From NCBI GenBank assembly GCA_012295275.1, contig CM022665.1:8804001-8868000 (forward strand): DNA of 64,000 nt, read 5' to 3'. This stretch comes from Chrysomallon squamiferum (Eukaryota; Animalia; Mollusca). The notes under the pieces are model-generated. The model worked only from the letters and a program-made list of their open reading frames with translations. It searched no databases and was not told the origin of the DNA. Below, piece after piece: positions 13,519 through 27,510 of this stretch; within the stretch, counting starts at the first letter, position 1, and every line of letters begins with the position of its first letter. The translations under genes and the position numbers were made by a program.

Positions 13519-14659
13519 ATCTTGTGAGACAGACATAAGTGAAATTGCCAGTTTGTAATTGCCAGTTTCTATTCATTTGTCGGTAATCATTTGTATTCTT
13601 CGGTGCAAAAATATTACACATTGGACTACTAAAATTTGCATTCCACACAGCACAAATAACATACACCAGACTATATACTGGCATGTCATTAACATGAAGT
13701 TATCCAAAAAAATAAAGTATAATAAAAATAATTTTTTCTTGATTTCTGTCATGTAGTAGTTATAACCAAACAGTCAGTATACACAAAACATTTTGAAAGA
13801 CAAAGTAGAAAATATTATTATTATTATTATTATTTGCTGTTTTCAGTAGTAAAAAAGAGTGCTAAATGTCTGTTTTGTTTTTGTTTGTTTTGTTTTCTCA
13901 AAAAGAAAGAAAATGAAATTTTAAAGTTGATGTTAAAGTTGTTTGTGCCAATAACAGCTGTTGTCCTTTCATCATCATCGTCGTCATCATCATTGTTTTC
14001 ATCATCATAAACAACTTTGTTGCCTGCATCACATTTCACTGATGATCAATTTATCAGTGTTATTAATTTTTTTTTTTTTTTTTTTTAAATTCAAGAAAAT
14101 TGTGCTGACAGATGTGTTATTTTTTTTTTTTGGTATAAAAATGTCAAATATATTTTTTTGATTATCATTATATTAGACACCATTAGAACTTATTATTAAT
14201 CTATAGCTAATCCCTTACAAACAAAATTATTTATTTATAAATGTTATGGAATTCTGTATTATTTATTTCATTTTTTTCTATTTTTAATTTTTTTTTTTAA
14301 GTCATACCTTTTAATGTGTATTTTAGTTCAAAATAGTTTTTATAAAGTGTAGTTTGCTAAATAACACATAAATATCTATCTGATTTTATAAGAACTACTA
14401 GACAGGTGTTTACAGGTTGTATCCACTTTAACAAGATACATAACTATACACCCACCTAATCCATTTTGGTGAATTTTAATAAGTTTCAAATGAAGATCAG
14501 ACATTGTCATCTAAGTTTATTGTCCAAGTTACGTAACCAGCAGCATGAATAATATTTCATTTGATGTAGACAGATTTCAGCCAATGCAGATTTATTTCAA
14601 TAATTTCTACTTTGTCTAGACAGAAAATAGTTTTTCTCTTTTGAAACCTAATCTTTGTA

Positions 14660-15277
14660 ATATGCACACAGTGTTGTAAACATACAGCTGCATATAGTGT
14701 GCAGCAAGGTGCAGTGCGCAGTCGCTGCATATCCACACTGCAGTGTGTTGAACACTTAAGTGTGTCTGTTGAATTGGTAGTCTAGACTTGACTCATTCAA
14801 ACTTGGAATCATGCAGACTCGTCCTTACACCAGTTATAACCATTGATCCAAAGTACTGCGGTCAGTTAGTCCAGTATCTGACCGCTGGTCATTAAGCCAG
14901 TGGGCCACCTGCTGGCAGACAGAGAGTATTTTTATCTGTGATCACACCACTGGTAATATCCAACATTTGCTATCCATGGTTAATAGAAGACAAAATGTGA
15001 AACAGCACAGAGGTTTTATTCATGTGTTTCTGATATGGTGGTGTGGCCCCAGTTTCCTTTTTTTTTTTTTTTTAGTTTGGGAAAAACTGATCAGACTGAG
15101 TCCTTGAAATAATAATCCCTGGCCTAACTGGTCTTTAAGCACCCATGGCCTCCCTCTTTATCACTGGCCATAGCTGACCAGTGGGCACTGGCTGGCCAGC
15201 CCTGCACTGTATTGTTCTGGCTGACCGTTGGGCAACTGGGTGATTAAGTGACGACTTGCCTATTGTTGGCACATGGA
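14660..15277 (+). promoter_or_regulatory. Candidate alternative promoter/5' UTR island
   Basis: Locally higher GC and retained CpGs, clustered TGACC/GGTCA half-sites, directly upstream of the candidate exon at 15278. Confidence 0.45.
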
Positions 15278-15354
15278 ATGGCCTCAGAGAGGATGCAAGA
15301 TGAAGACTTTGAGCATGCACTGTCCATTCTCAAAGTGTTGACTGGAACACACAG
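15278..15354 (+). CDS. Candidate alternative first coding exon (MASERMQDEDFEHALSILKVLTGTH-R)
   Basis: ATG at 15278 (GGAATGG context), 25 codons plus AG, CAG|GTAAGA donor at 15355, phase 2. It ends a GC/CpG-richer island (14660-15450) and the peptide looks protein-like. Confidence 0.6.
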
Positions 15355-16501
15355 GTAAGAAATGTTTTATAGTTTATTTACAGCTCAGTCAGCATATGGC
15401 TTCATTCTGCACTGACCCACATAAGTAACGGCCTGATCCAATAACCTGTGGCCCATAGTGATAGCTGTTATGTAATATTTTACACTAGAGACATTTCTCC
15501 TTTAATCTGGTAAATATAAAAAACACAGAAAGCACACATGACAGTAGCTAATTATGTAAAATCTTATTAGAAATTTTAATTATTGATACAAATACAGAAC
15601 ATTGTTAACATTTTTATTGTCCAGGCTATAGTTCTATTCTTAGTTCAAAAATTGCATAATAGAATTTGAAATGGGTGAATGCTTCTATCCATTTCAAGGC
15701 TAATATTCCTACTTGAGTTACACAAATTGAAATATTTCATAACTATAACCGTTTCACAGTTTATAAACACTTTTAACTTCAAGGTTTTCGTGAGTTTTTA
15801 AAACCTGTATTTTGTAACAAGGTTTTTTTTTTGGTGTTTTTTTTAAATTTAAATTTAAATATTTAAATAGAAATTTAAATCAGTTGTATTTTGTTTCATG
15901 TGAATTTAATAGTGCAGCTTTTTTTTTTGAGGTGATGTTTTCAAGTAACAACACTCAGATAAAAACAGGTGAAATCTGGAATAATTTGACATTGTTTAAA
16001 ATAAAATAGATAATTTCTAAGTGCATGTACTTTGTATCAAAGCTGTGATAATGAGCATGCAATTTTGTGTACTTGCTGGTACAAAGAGGTAAATAAATAT
16101 ACAGACAGACAGATAGACCTTGTAATTTATATTAAAATGTACTTAAGTTAAACCTCACCATCCTACCTCTGATTGTTTGACTTGAAGCCTGTTTAAATCA
16201 CACACACACACACACACACTGATACCTGATGATTGTACATGCAGGTGCATAAAAAAAAAAAAAAAAAAAAATTGATATAAAGACAAATTTACTTAAGTGC
16301 ACTTTATTCTATGCAGGTTTTGTGATAGATTTATGTTTAACATAGGTAATAATGTTAGTGTGTGCCAAATTTTCACATTTTGTTTTAAACAGTTGTAAAA
16401 ACAGGGGCAGGTCTGCAGTTTGAGAAAGGGAGTACAAATCATTGAGTTGAATTTGACTCTCAGTTGAAATGATTTCCATTACAACATAAAGGCTGTTGGT
16501 A

Positions 16502-16528
16502 AAACAAACAAACAAACAAACAAACAAA

Positions 16529-16583
<55 letters not shown>

Positions 16584-16584
16584 A
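16502..16584. repeat. Compound (AAAC)n(AAAT)n microsatellite
   Basis: Direct reading. Confidence 0.95.
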
Positions 16585-17259
16585 ACCTATGACTTATCTC
16601 TTCTGAATCTGAAATAAATATATTTTAATCTGTATACATAAAACTGAAAGAAAAAAGATACATTTTTTAATGTTAACATTTCATATCATTTCTGTTACAT
16701 GATTTTTATTATGTACATTGGTGGCTATTATTCATAATCAGAATTAAGTAATACTGAGTATGGTGATTTATTTTTTCAATGGAAAAAAGATAAAATAAAT
16801 GTAACTTAAAGTTCCAGGTCTGTACTATCATAGTTTAACCAGCCTGATGCTCTTGTCCATTTGAATTAAGCTGGCATTGTTTTGTTTGTTTTGTTTCTGG
16901 ATTTTGTTCCTTATACTAAGCTGAATCTAGCTTTAGAAAAAACTACTTTTGCTGTTTAACTGTAAAGTGAAATCACAGATTTATTGTTAAGAAAAATGAT
17001 ATCATGAAGTCATTAAGAGAAATGTTTTAAGATTGTTGTTATTTTTTAATGACTGATAATTATACTCTTGTTGTTTGTCTTTTTTTTTTTTTTTTTCTTC
17101 AATAATGTAATGATAAGAAATAGAATTTTACCTTATAACAAAAATAATTTGCTAAATATTCACTGGAGCTTCAAAAACAGTGTAGCAGACTTTTTCTCAG
17201 ATATCATAGTTTTGGTGAAGTGTACTAGGTCTTATGATCTATTCTTCAGTGAACAATAA

Positions 17260-17440
17260 CTTGGCACTTTCCAGTTCTAAACAGTGCTTCACGAGTGTTT
17301 TATAAAACATGTCTGTGGGAAATGTAGTGAAAGATCCTTTGTTAGAAATTAATGCAACTACTTGTCTCACTTTGATATGAGAAACAAACATTTGATTTTT
17401 ATATTTGTAAATTAGCAGTAAAAATTATTAATACTACATA
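17260..17440 (+). mobile_element. Decayed SINE-like copy
   Basis: TGTCTGTGGGAAATG...AAAGATCCTTTG matches the + orientation body at 37750-37790. Confidence 0.4.
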
Positions 17441-17844
17441 ACTGTTAATGAAACTTAATATATAAATGTATTAAGGTATTGTTAAATTAATACTGATTAA
17501 TTTTAAATTTAGTTTTTGAGTACAAAAATAATTAATTATTAGCTTCGATGTAATTTGTATATTATTGTTTTTTTAATAATTCCTATTTCTAAAAGCTTCA
17601 GAAAAGTTCAGTCTTTTGCTAGGCAGATACTCTTAACATTAACCTCATTGACACTGTCTTATTATAATTGATTTGTTCATTAAGAAGGTAACATAATAAT
17701 GATTGTTTCAGATAATATCTCCAGAGTTCAGCACTTACCAAATACAACTTATCTTCCTAGCTATGTAGAAAGAACATTATTTTCGAAGCCATTTGTAACC
17801 AGCTCAAATTCTGTCAAACCAGGATCATTTACTGCTTTGGAAAA

Positions 17845-18420
17845 GTTAAAGTTTATTTTGTTTAATGATGCAATTTGAGCATTTGTATTATGGGTTAACT
17901 TTCTGTTATTAGATGTTTGATGTCAAACATGTATTTTTAGTTTTTAGAAAAAACCTACATTTTTTCCCACAATAGCAGTAAGACATCTTTTACATGCACC
18001 TTTCCATAAACAGTAAAGTACATAATATGACAGTTAATAGCCAGTTTCAGAATATAAACTGTTTATACTGCTGCTGTAGAACCTTACTTTATTACTGAAT
18101 GAATAAATGGATATTTAATAATGGCACAGTGTATTTTAATGATTATGATTATTCTGTAATTTTATCAATGATTTGTTGTGTACTTGTAAAGTTAAGATAC
18201 ACAGTGAGTTTTGTACTTGTGTTAGAGGTGAAAGCAGTTAGTTTACTGTTCTTATTGTTAGAACTGTTTTAAATACAATAGGAGGGAAGCACTTACCATA
18301 ACCTTTGATTCACAAATTATTAAGAATGGGGTTGGAAAGGCAAGTAACTCAGTTGTTTTATTACTGGAGATAGAGATGAGATAGTCACATGGTTTATTTT
18401 ATGTGAGATGTAATGTAGCA
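17845..18420 (-). mobile_element. Two decayed SINE-like copies (17845-18050, ~18280-18420)
   Basis: GATGTCAAACAT...AATAGCAGTAAGACATCTTTTACATGCACC and GGGAAGCACTTACCATAACCTTTGAT cores shared with the copies at 2340-2750 and 12345. Confidence 0.6.
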
Positions 18421-20939
18421 ATAAATAAATAAATTTCCAATTAACTAGCTGTTTTTAATTACTTTCTAGTTGTGGATCCTTTTTAAAAATCTTTTAAAGT
18501 CTTAAGAATCCTTTTTGTCATTAAATAAAACATTAAAAGTAAAGTATCCCATTTGTAAGATATATGTGAGATGGTCATAAGTGAAGATATATAAAATAAA
18601 ATAAAAATTTGCATAGAGTAAATTTTATTTCACAGGATAATGATATCCTTTTCCTAAGTTATAAAATTTAAAAATATAGTTATTATAATGGGGGAAAGAA
18701 GTACAGACACCATAAATTACTGATTATTTTTGTGTATCTGGTTCTGGTTCTCCCCAAAACCAATATATTAAGAACCCCTGCACTAGTGTACATTTACTTG
18801 TTGTTGACAATAAACACAATATATTTTTTGTTTATTTATTGATCTATGTTTGTCTGAACTAACAAATAAAACATGCTGACATAACATTAAAATCCCCACA
18901 ACAGCCAGTGCAATATGCTTTAAATGTATTCCACAAGACCGTCTCTACATATACCTTCTGAGTTACCAACACCAAAAGATTAATGTACTTTTGAAGTCAC
19001 ATTTTCTTCTAAAAGGCAGATGTGTTAGTTGAAAATCTCCCATTGACTGAACGCAAGTCTGTGTGAAGACTTGTGAGATCACACCGACCCAGCAGTTATG
19101 TCATTATAACCTGCCCTTAACCTTCTTTTGTCATGCCATGCACATGGTACTTCATCACAAAAGTGTATTTTCATTCTCACAGGGAAGATGATGTGTAATT
19201 CGAGTATTATGAAATATTTAGAACTGCCATGATGCTGTATTGCTATCTTCAGGCACAATGATCAGGTATTGTGTTTTGGTTATCGCTGCCTTTTTGTCAA
19301 CCAGATATTTATAGACAATATTATCCAAACCCCTTGTCTTTTCAGTGACCCTTGTTTTGTATGCAGCTATAGTTGTTTGTTTTGGTTTTCTAATGCTCAG
19401 TAATAATATAATGATATTGCACTATTTAAAAAATTAGTTCTTATTTGATAACATATTCTATATTATACAATATTTATAAAGTTAAAAATAAATTGTACTT
19501 AATGAAGGTTATTATTTTTATACAGAAGTTTATGTTATTGTCTTAATATTAAACTGTATATAAAGAAAAAAAATTCTTTGTATTCAGAAAGATATATTGT
19601 AAATATATTATAACTATTTCTTTTGTATCAGCTGTTTTTTTTTTTTTTCTCTTTACTCTCATAATAAAAACTAATATATAGCAAATTAAAACTATAGGTT
19701 ACATACATAGAAATACATATGATACATAGCTGAATATCTCTATATTCTTATCAGTCTGTATTTTATGCATATTGGGATTATCCTTTTCATACATTAGACT
19801 TTGTACTTATATGATGCAAGGGCAGTAAAATGTGTTGAAATGTTTATGGTGATTTTTTTATATATATATATATATTTTTTTTAAATCTGCATTTTCAGTA
19901 TCTTCATATAATTAATTTTGTCAGTTTGTCTGTCTCTCTCTTTATGTGTGTGTGTGAGTGTGAAATAATTATTATTTCAGACTTTTTAACAACTGTAGTA
20001 TGTTTTAAATGCTTTTAAAAATTTTAATTCAGCATTAAAATAATTAAAACACTTCCATTTGAATTAAAAAATGTATGTTTTTTGTTTAACAATGAAGGCT
20101 GAAATGTCATTAAAATTCTGCACATAGACTGGTGCTGATATATCATATTGTAGACATTTAGTTTTGTCAGACTAACTTTGTCTGGAACAAGCAAATAATG
20201 CATTTAAATTAAAACATAATGTTCAAAAAACCCAAACAACCCCCCCCAAACCACCCCCCAAAAAACCCATCAACAACAATAAAACCCCCAAACAACTAAA
20301 TATTAAATATTTGCAGTTGTTATTTTAAAAATATTTAATTATTTATAATTTACAATTTTTTTTTAATTATAAAGATTAATTGGTTTGTATAATTATTAGT
20401 TTTTAAAATTTTAATTTGATTATTTGCATTTTTTTTTTTCACTGTCAAAATATTACTGTTACAAGATTATTGCAGATTATGAAATTATTGAAGCTTATGT
20501 CCTGAAATTAAGTCAATGTGTGCTAAAAGTACTTCAGTTTATGCTTAAAGCAAACATTCGTGTTAAAAAAAAAAAATAAAAAAAAAACTAAGAAACTATT
20601 AATTTTTATTTTATTTTATTTCTTAAAATCTTTTTAGAGTTTTGTTGATAAAATTGTCACATTTCTGACTAAGAAAAAAAAAAAAAAACTGCTGCAGACC
20701 CAGCTGTCCTATTCAATATTTTTTTTTCATTTAAATTTTTTTTTTTTTTAATTTTTTTTATCATGCTTTTTGAAATAACTTTTATCACTGAGTATTTGTA
20801 TTGTATGTTTAATAACTAAAATGAAATCATTCTTTCATCAACAGTAATATCTTCTGCATGAGTAATTTCCTATTACAAAATCTTTTGGACATCACAATTG
20901 CCTGTTTCCCCCATATTTTTAGTTTTTTTGTTGTTGAAT

Positions 20940-21095
20940 TGAATGAATAAAGAAATAAGATATTTACTGTCAAGATATTTTATGTTAATGGCTATAGATA
21001 TATATTATATTGTAATTATCAAAACAGAGAGAGGAAGCTAGATGCAACAGCTTGGGTTACTCCTATTAATCATTAAAGGATATTCCTGTTATGAG
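20940..21095 (-). mobile_element. Decayed SINE-like copy
   Basis: TTGGGTTACTCCTATTAATCATTAAAGGATATT parallels TTGGGTTACTCTTGCTGATTCACAACAAGGAATCT at ~2352. Confidence 0.45.
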
Positions 21096-23014
21096 ATAAG
21101 TGCATAAAATGTTTTTTATATAAAAATTGATAATAAGAAGCTACAACTCCCACTGAAAATCTGAAAATTTCTACTACTATGACATAAAAAAAAATAAAAA
21201 AATAAAAAAATAATAATAATAAATTTTTTTTTTTAAAAAATGCATATGCTTTTTGATATAAAAATTGAAAATAAGTACAAATGCTTGGGCTACTCCTACT
21301 GAAAATAAATATACACATACAATAATATTTACAAACACATACATGTGTAGAAGAAAATATATAACATAGCTTTTTATACAAAAATTAAGGAAAACTGGTT
21401 GGAATAAAATATGTATTAATAAGTATATTGAAAAGGATTGATTTTATTATCCATTACAACTTTAGTGAACTTTTTAAACAGTTCTTTTTTAAATATATAT
21501 CTTATAATCAGTATTTATACTGTGTGCTAAAATACTTCTTTCCCTAAACATACCATTACAACATTGTGCCAGGCTAAATTTGTCAGTGTTCTGAATAATG
21601 AATAGTTTTGTAGTTTGGGCTGTCGATTTCTTTGATGTTTTATATTGATTGTTGTGTGCATTAATATTTAACATTAATAGTGAACCAATGCCCTAAAGAC
21701 TGAGTTCTTACATCTTAAATAACATGTACTGTTTTATTTTACCATCTTATGATAAACTAAGTAATTCCTAACAGGAATTTGTTTTTGTGTTTTTGATATG
21801 CATTATAACATAAGGGTAAAATGAATAAGCCATTAATTTATTTTAAAAATAAAGAGAAAAAAAAAAAAAAAAAAAAAGTACACCCCCACTCTTTCAAAAA
21901 TATCTCCAAGTACTTTTGTGTTGAAAAAGATATATTATTTTTAATAATTTGTTATTTTATAATATTTGCAATATAAGTTCCACTGGAACAAAACATTTTT
22001 CTAACTCTTTCAAAAATAGTTGAAAATAAATGCTGGAATGAGATAATTCTTTGTTGAAAAGAGTAATCATATAACATTTTTTGATAATAACATTAAAAAA
22101 ACAAAAAAAACACTTCACTTAAAAATCACCTTTTGCTGGTAGAGCAAAATAATGTTTAAAGTGTCCAAAACTGTGTTTTATTTTAGTGTGAATAATACTT
22201 TTTGTCTGTTGTACTGTTTTGATCTCAAACAATTAAAACCTGTAATGCAAGAAGTTAATTTAAAGATACAATTCTGCTATTTTGTGAAGTTTCAGCATTT
22301 GCAAAATATTTATTAAAAGTTACCAAACAGTATGAAAATCCAGCACTGAAAATGATTGACCAATTATGAAATGAATTTGTGAATTTGTGTTTTATTATCT
22401 ATCCTATTTGCTTTTTTGAATTGTTTTTGTCAGCTGATTTTGCTTCCTGTGATTTAAACATAAATATTCTTATACTTTTCTGAAATAAGGATTTAATCAT
22501 GTCTTTAACAATTTGTTTAGTTCCACAGGAATCTTCCATTCAAGTTGTTGAAAATTAATGACCCTAATTCAAGTTTTAACTAATAGAAATACTTGCAGAA
22601 CTGAATAATACATTCAAATAAACAGGTTTCATTATTTAAAAAATTCAAGACTTTATTCTGTTAAAACTCTTCCTTATCAAAGCTAGGGATGGGGTAGTTT
22701 ACGATATCTCATTGACAGTAGCTTTACAATCTTACATTTAAGATTCCTTATCCATTTTAAAATCAGTTTTATTATTCACAATGAATTATAATGCAAGCTT
22801 TGTAATACAAAATCTATTGAAAACAGGTTTCACTTTGTTCTGGTTTACGAAATATACTGAGATGTAGAACTAAAATATTATGGTGGTAATTACAGTCAAA
22901 CTTAGAAATTCAAATGCTGAATAGTTTATGATAACCTTCAGATTGTACTAAATTTATTTTATTTATATATTTTTTTTTATTGTCTGAGATACTGTGAATG
23001 TAAATCTTAACTGT

Positions 23015-23325
23015 TCTTCATGGTATGTTTATGTATAGTTTTCTCCCTACTTACTTATTCAGGGACTGTTTATAACTTATCCTTCATTATATCTTTATGT
23101 GTTGTTTTCAGTAACCCACTTGGGTCACTGAATCTGTATATTACTTATATTTATCAATCCTTCACAGTTATATACCTTTATATGTAGACTGTAGTCAACA
23201 CACTTGGTCACTAATGTATTATTTACATTTTCTAATCCTTCACAGTTGTATTTCTCTAGTGTTATTTTTAGTCAGTCTACTTGTTCATGATTATGTAACT
23301 TGAACATATCAATTCTTCATATGCA
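23015..23325. repeat. ~78 bp degenerate tandem repeat, about 4 copies
   Basis: AATCCTTCACAGTT and CACTTGG(G)TCACT recur at regular spacing. Confidence 0.7.
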
Positions 23326-26014
23326 TTCATATTTTTTCTTTAGTGAATTTACTTTATCATGGATACTGTTTCTAATACATTTCTATTTGCTATTTCTATT
23401 TCATTGTTTTATACTAATTGCAATAACCTTCTTGTTTGAGTGAAGAAGTTCATATAAACATTATCAAATACATGATGTTTGGACAGTTTGATTACTTTAG
23501 ATGACAGAGATTAATTGGAACAATGAATTTTCTACCATCTTGTAAACTTTAATTACTGATTAATTCATTAACCATAGCCTCAGACTGATTTAAAAAGGGC
23601 AGTTCAAATAAAAGATTAATTGCTGCTAAAAAGAATAAACCATTGAACAATGACAGCAGATTTTCTCTCTCTCTTTAATCATTATGCAACAGTTACAAAT
23701 AACACTGGCAAACCATTTTTATTAGTGTATTTTTTATGCTCAACCATCTACATAAAAACTTACAAAGACACAAGCATATATACACAATTACATACATATA
23801 TGCATATTCATAATATTATGTTTATTCATATTCAGATATCTAATTGTATCACTACCTATGTCATTAAGGAAAGATATAAGCACTTTATTAGGTAATAAAG
23901 TAAATTCTACATGTAAATAAAACTTAATATTTCAAAATGTATCACTGGATTCTTGTTTTATCAATAATTGACATGACTATAAGATAGAAATAAACCAGAC
24001 AAGAGTATTGAGTCTAGCCAGTTTGGTTTTCTTTATCCTAAAGGAACCCATTCTAAACCACTGAAGACAGAGTGGAGAGCTTTTCAAGCATTCCTTGAAG
24101 CAATAACATACAGACAACTGTTTGATGGTATATAGATCAGTTTTGTGTGCTGGGATATGCTGAGGGAGTTAATAAAATTAACATCTGGTTGCACTTATCA
24201 AAATAAATTATTTAAAAATATAAGATTGGTTATAATGATGAATATTTAATTTGAAGATCTTTTTATCATTATTACATTATCATCACTGATATTAGGATCT
24301 TCTTAGTATTATTACATCATTATCACTGACATTTTTCTTCTCTTTTTTTTTCATTTATGATAAAACTGCAGGATAATTTCTTGGTTGTTTGGATATTTTA
24401 CTTAATAGAAAAACTCAAGAAGAGATAAATTTTCCATTAAAAAGTCCTGAGTATTAAAAAAATGAAAGAGAGAAATTTGAAATAACAAATTTTCCAGACA
24501 ATGTGATGAAATATTAGACAGGGTGTCACCATATGTTTATATAAAGTGTTAGTTTTCTAACAGCATAAACACCAGGGGGAAAAAACACATTCATCTATCT
24601 TTTAAAGTAGGCTTCAGTATAGTGGTTAAATTGGTGGTGGGAGGCATGACAGGTCCCAGGAACGAGTCTTCTTATTGCCCTATTATTTTTTTTACAAATA
24701 AACAGTCTTTTAGTGCTAATTAATAAGAGTAGCTTATAAAATGGTCCAAATGGATTACTTTTCTTAAATCAAAATACTATATTTGATGCCTAATAGCTGT
24801 TAATGTAATATTTGACATCAGATGCCCACTAGTTATAATTTAATGAAGTCCCATCAATCTTTTTAGTCTCATTAAACAGATTTTTATATATGCCAAAATA
24901 AAATTTAATTCTGAATTTTTTATTTATTACTTCACCAGACACAGTTTTGTCTGGTTTTAATTTTTCATTCTTTTTTCTTTCTTTTAAGCAGCTGTTACAT
25001 CAGTTTTCAAATAGAGTGCTGGAAATAGCTGTACTGTTTACAGAAAACTGTTGACTCAAATTTCATTCTGTAATTAAACATACACCATGCACATATATAT
25101 TAGTGTTACACACATGCTGACAGTTTAGCTGTGGGTCATAATACAGATAGATTTGTCTGTTTGAGATTTCAGAATAAACAAAAACACTTTTTGCACCATA
25201 CCTCTTGAATAATATTAAATCTGACATTGTTAAAGACAGGCTGTTTAGTCTGAAAGCGCTCTAAGGTGTGCGACATTTGTGAACACTCCAGCTTTAAGTG
25301 TGTCTGGCAATTTGCTCACTAGGTAGTTCTCATTCTCATTACTGAAAGGTTTCATTAATTTGTCTGTTGGAATATCACCTTGTACTGTCTGCAAAACACA
25401 CCAAAGGCTACAATGTGTTAACCCTTTAAGCTGATGGCTTTTTGTTTTTCATCTGATTTACCTACTACAGACAGGATGAATGTGCTTACACTTTAATTAG
25501 ATATACACACTTAAATAAGAGTATATAATAATAATAATTACTGATACAACAACCACTGCCACCATTATTACTATTATGATTACTATTGTTATTATTATTA
25601 TTATTCAGCCATGCAGTGAACAATATTTTATTATTTAATAAAAAAAAAAAAAAAAATAACAACACACCAAGAAAATATACAAAAAATCCCACTCCAAAAC
25701 ATCATAGTCTTCTTAACCAGTTTTATTAGTAATATGGTTAAGTATTTTAAGGCTCTGAAATCACTTTCTAATAATACAAATTGACAATATGTTATCCAAG
25801 ATCCAAAAGCTTTAAACATCTAAAGGTTTTGGGGTTTTTGTTGGTGTTTTTTTGTTTTTTTGTGGGGGGGTTTGGTTACATAAAGCTTCACTTGTGACTA
25901 TATATACAGTCCATGAAGATTTCAACCTGTAATTCCAGCAGACAGTAAATGGGAAAGAAAATCACTAAACTGAATTTTCCTTCTAACTAATCTGTCATTA
26001 TTTTCAGGTGATTT

Positions 26015-27510
26015 TCCAGACTCACAGATGTTCTCTGACTATACAGACAGTGCAAACTTACAAATATTCTCTGACTGTGTAGACTGGTCAGACCCATAGG
26101 TTTTCTCTGACTATACAAACTGCTCAGACTGTTAGATGTTCTCTGACTATACAAACTGCTCAGACTGTTAGATGTTCTCTGACTATACATACTGCTCAGA
26201 CTGTTAGATGTTCTCTGACTATACAGACTGCTCAGACTCATAGATGTTCTCTGACTATATAGATTAGCCAGACTCATAGGTTTTCTCTGACTATACAAAC
26301 TGTTCAGACTGTTAGATGTTCTCTGACTATATAGATTGGCCAGACTCATAGGTTTTCTCTGACTATACAAACTGCTCAGACTCATAGATGTTCTCTGACT
26401 AGACTCCTCAGACTCATAGATGTTCTCTGATTATATAGACTGTTCAGACTCACAAATGTTCTCTGACTATACAGACTGCTCAGACTTATAGATGTTCTCT
26501 GACTAGACTCCTCAGACTCATAGATGTTCTCTGATTATATAGACTGTTCAGACTCACAAATGTTCTCTGACTATACAGACTGCTCAGACTTATAGGTTTT
26601 CTCTGACTATACAAACTGCTCAGACTCATAGATGTTCTCTGATTATATAGACTGTTCAGACTCACAAATGTTCTCTGACTATACAGACTGCTCAGACTTA
26701 TAGATGCTCTCTGACTATATAGATTGTCCAGACTGTTAGATGTTCTCTGACTAGACTACTCATACTCAAATACATTCAGTGACTGTGTTGACTACACAGA
26801 TTCATTGATGTTCTCTGTGAAAACTGCTTAGACCCAGATATGGTTTTTCTATAAACTGTCTAGACTCACAGATGTTCTCTATGTTTATTGCTCATACTAA
26901 CAGATATTTTCTAACCATGTACTCAGTCTAATAGATGTTCTCTGTGCAGACTATCCAGACTAATAGACATTTTCCAACTGATCACTCACATATGTACACT
27001 GCTCAGATTCATAGACATATCTGTGTAAACAGATGGTTTCTATATAGATGTCCATACCTACAGCTCATGTGCCCAAGATAGATTTCTGTTCAGAATCCAG
27101 ACATATAGATTATGTGCTCTAGACCCACATTATCTGATTAAATAGACAGACTAGACCCATAGATTATGTACTAAAGACATACATGATCTGATTGAACAGC
27201 TAGTCCAGATTTGCAGATGGTCTGAATAAATAGACAGTCATGACTCATAGATTATGTGCCTGAGATAGAAGCAATCTCACTTGGCAGATAGTCAAGACTT
27301 ACAGACTGTGTGTCCAGAACAGACTTTGAACAGTCCTTACTCATAGATTATGTGCTTGAGATATATATGATCCCACTCTTTAGATAATCAAGACTTATAG
27401 ATTATGTGTCCAGTACAGATTCAATCTGACTATGGAGAGTTCCCAGGCTCACTCATTATGTGCACTATGATAAGAATCCAAACTCATAGATTATATAGCT
27501 AGATAGATGT
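26015..27510. repeat. 36 bp minisatellite grading into diverged longer units
   Basis: Unit CTCAGACTCATAGATGTTCTCTGACTATACAGACTG, about 20 well-conserved copies to ~26760 (some 32 bp), then decayed GACTCATAGATTATGTG units. Confidence 0.95.

Noticed and set aside
22890-22950. TACAGTCAAAC...GATTGTA possible MITE remnant
   Set aside because: Too short, and the inverted ends match poorly.
25987-26385. 132 aa minus-strand ORF of 12-aa repeats
   Set aside because: By-product of the 36 bp minisatellite; the frame breaks at the first 32 bp unit and there is no gene context.
26015-26760. CRISPR-like periodicity
   Set aside because: Units are contiguous with no unique spacers, the context is eukaryotic and no cas genes are present.
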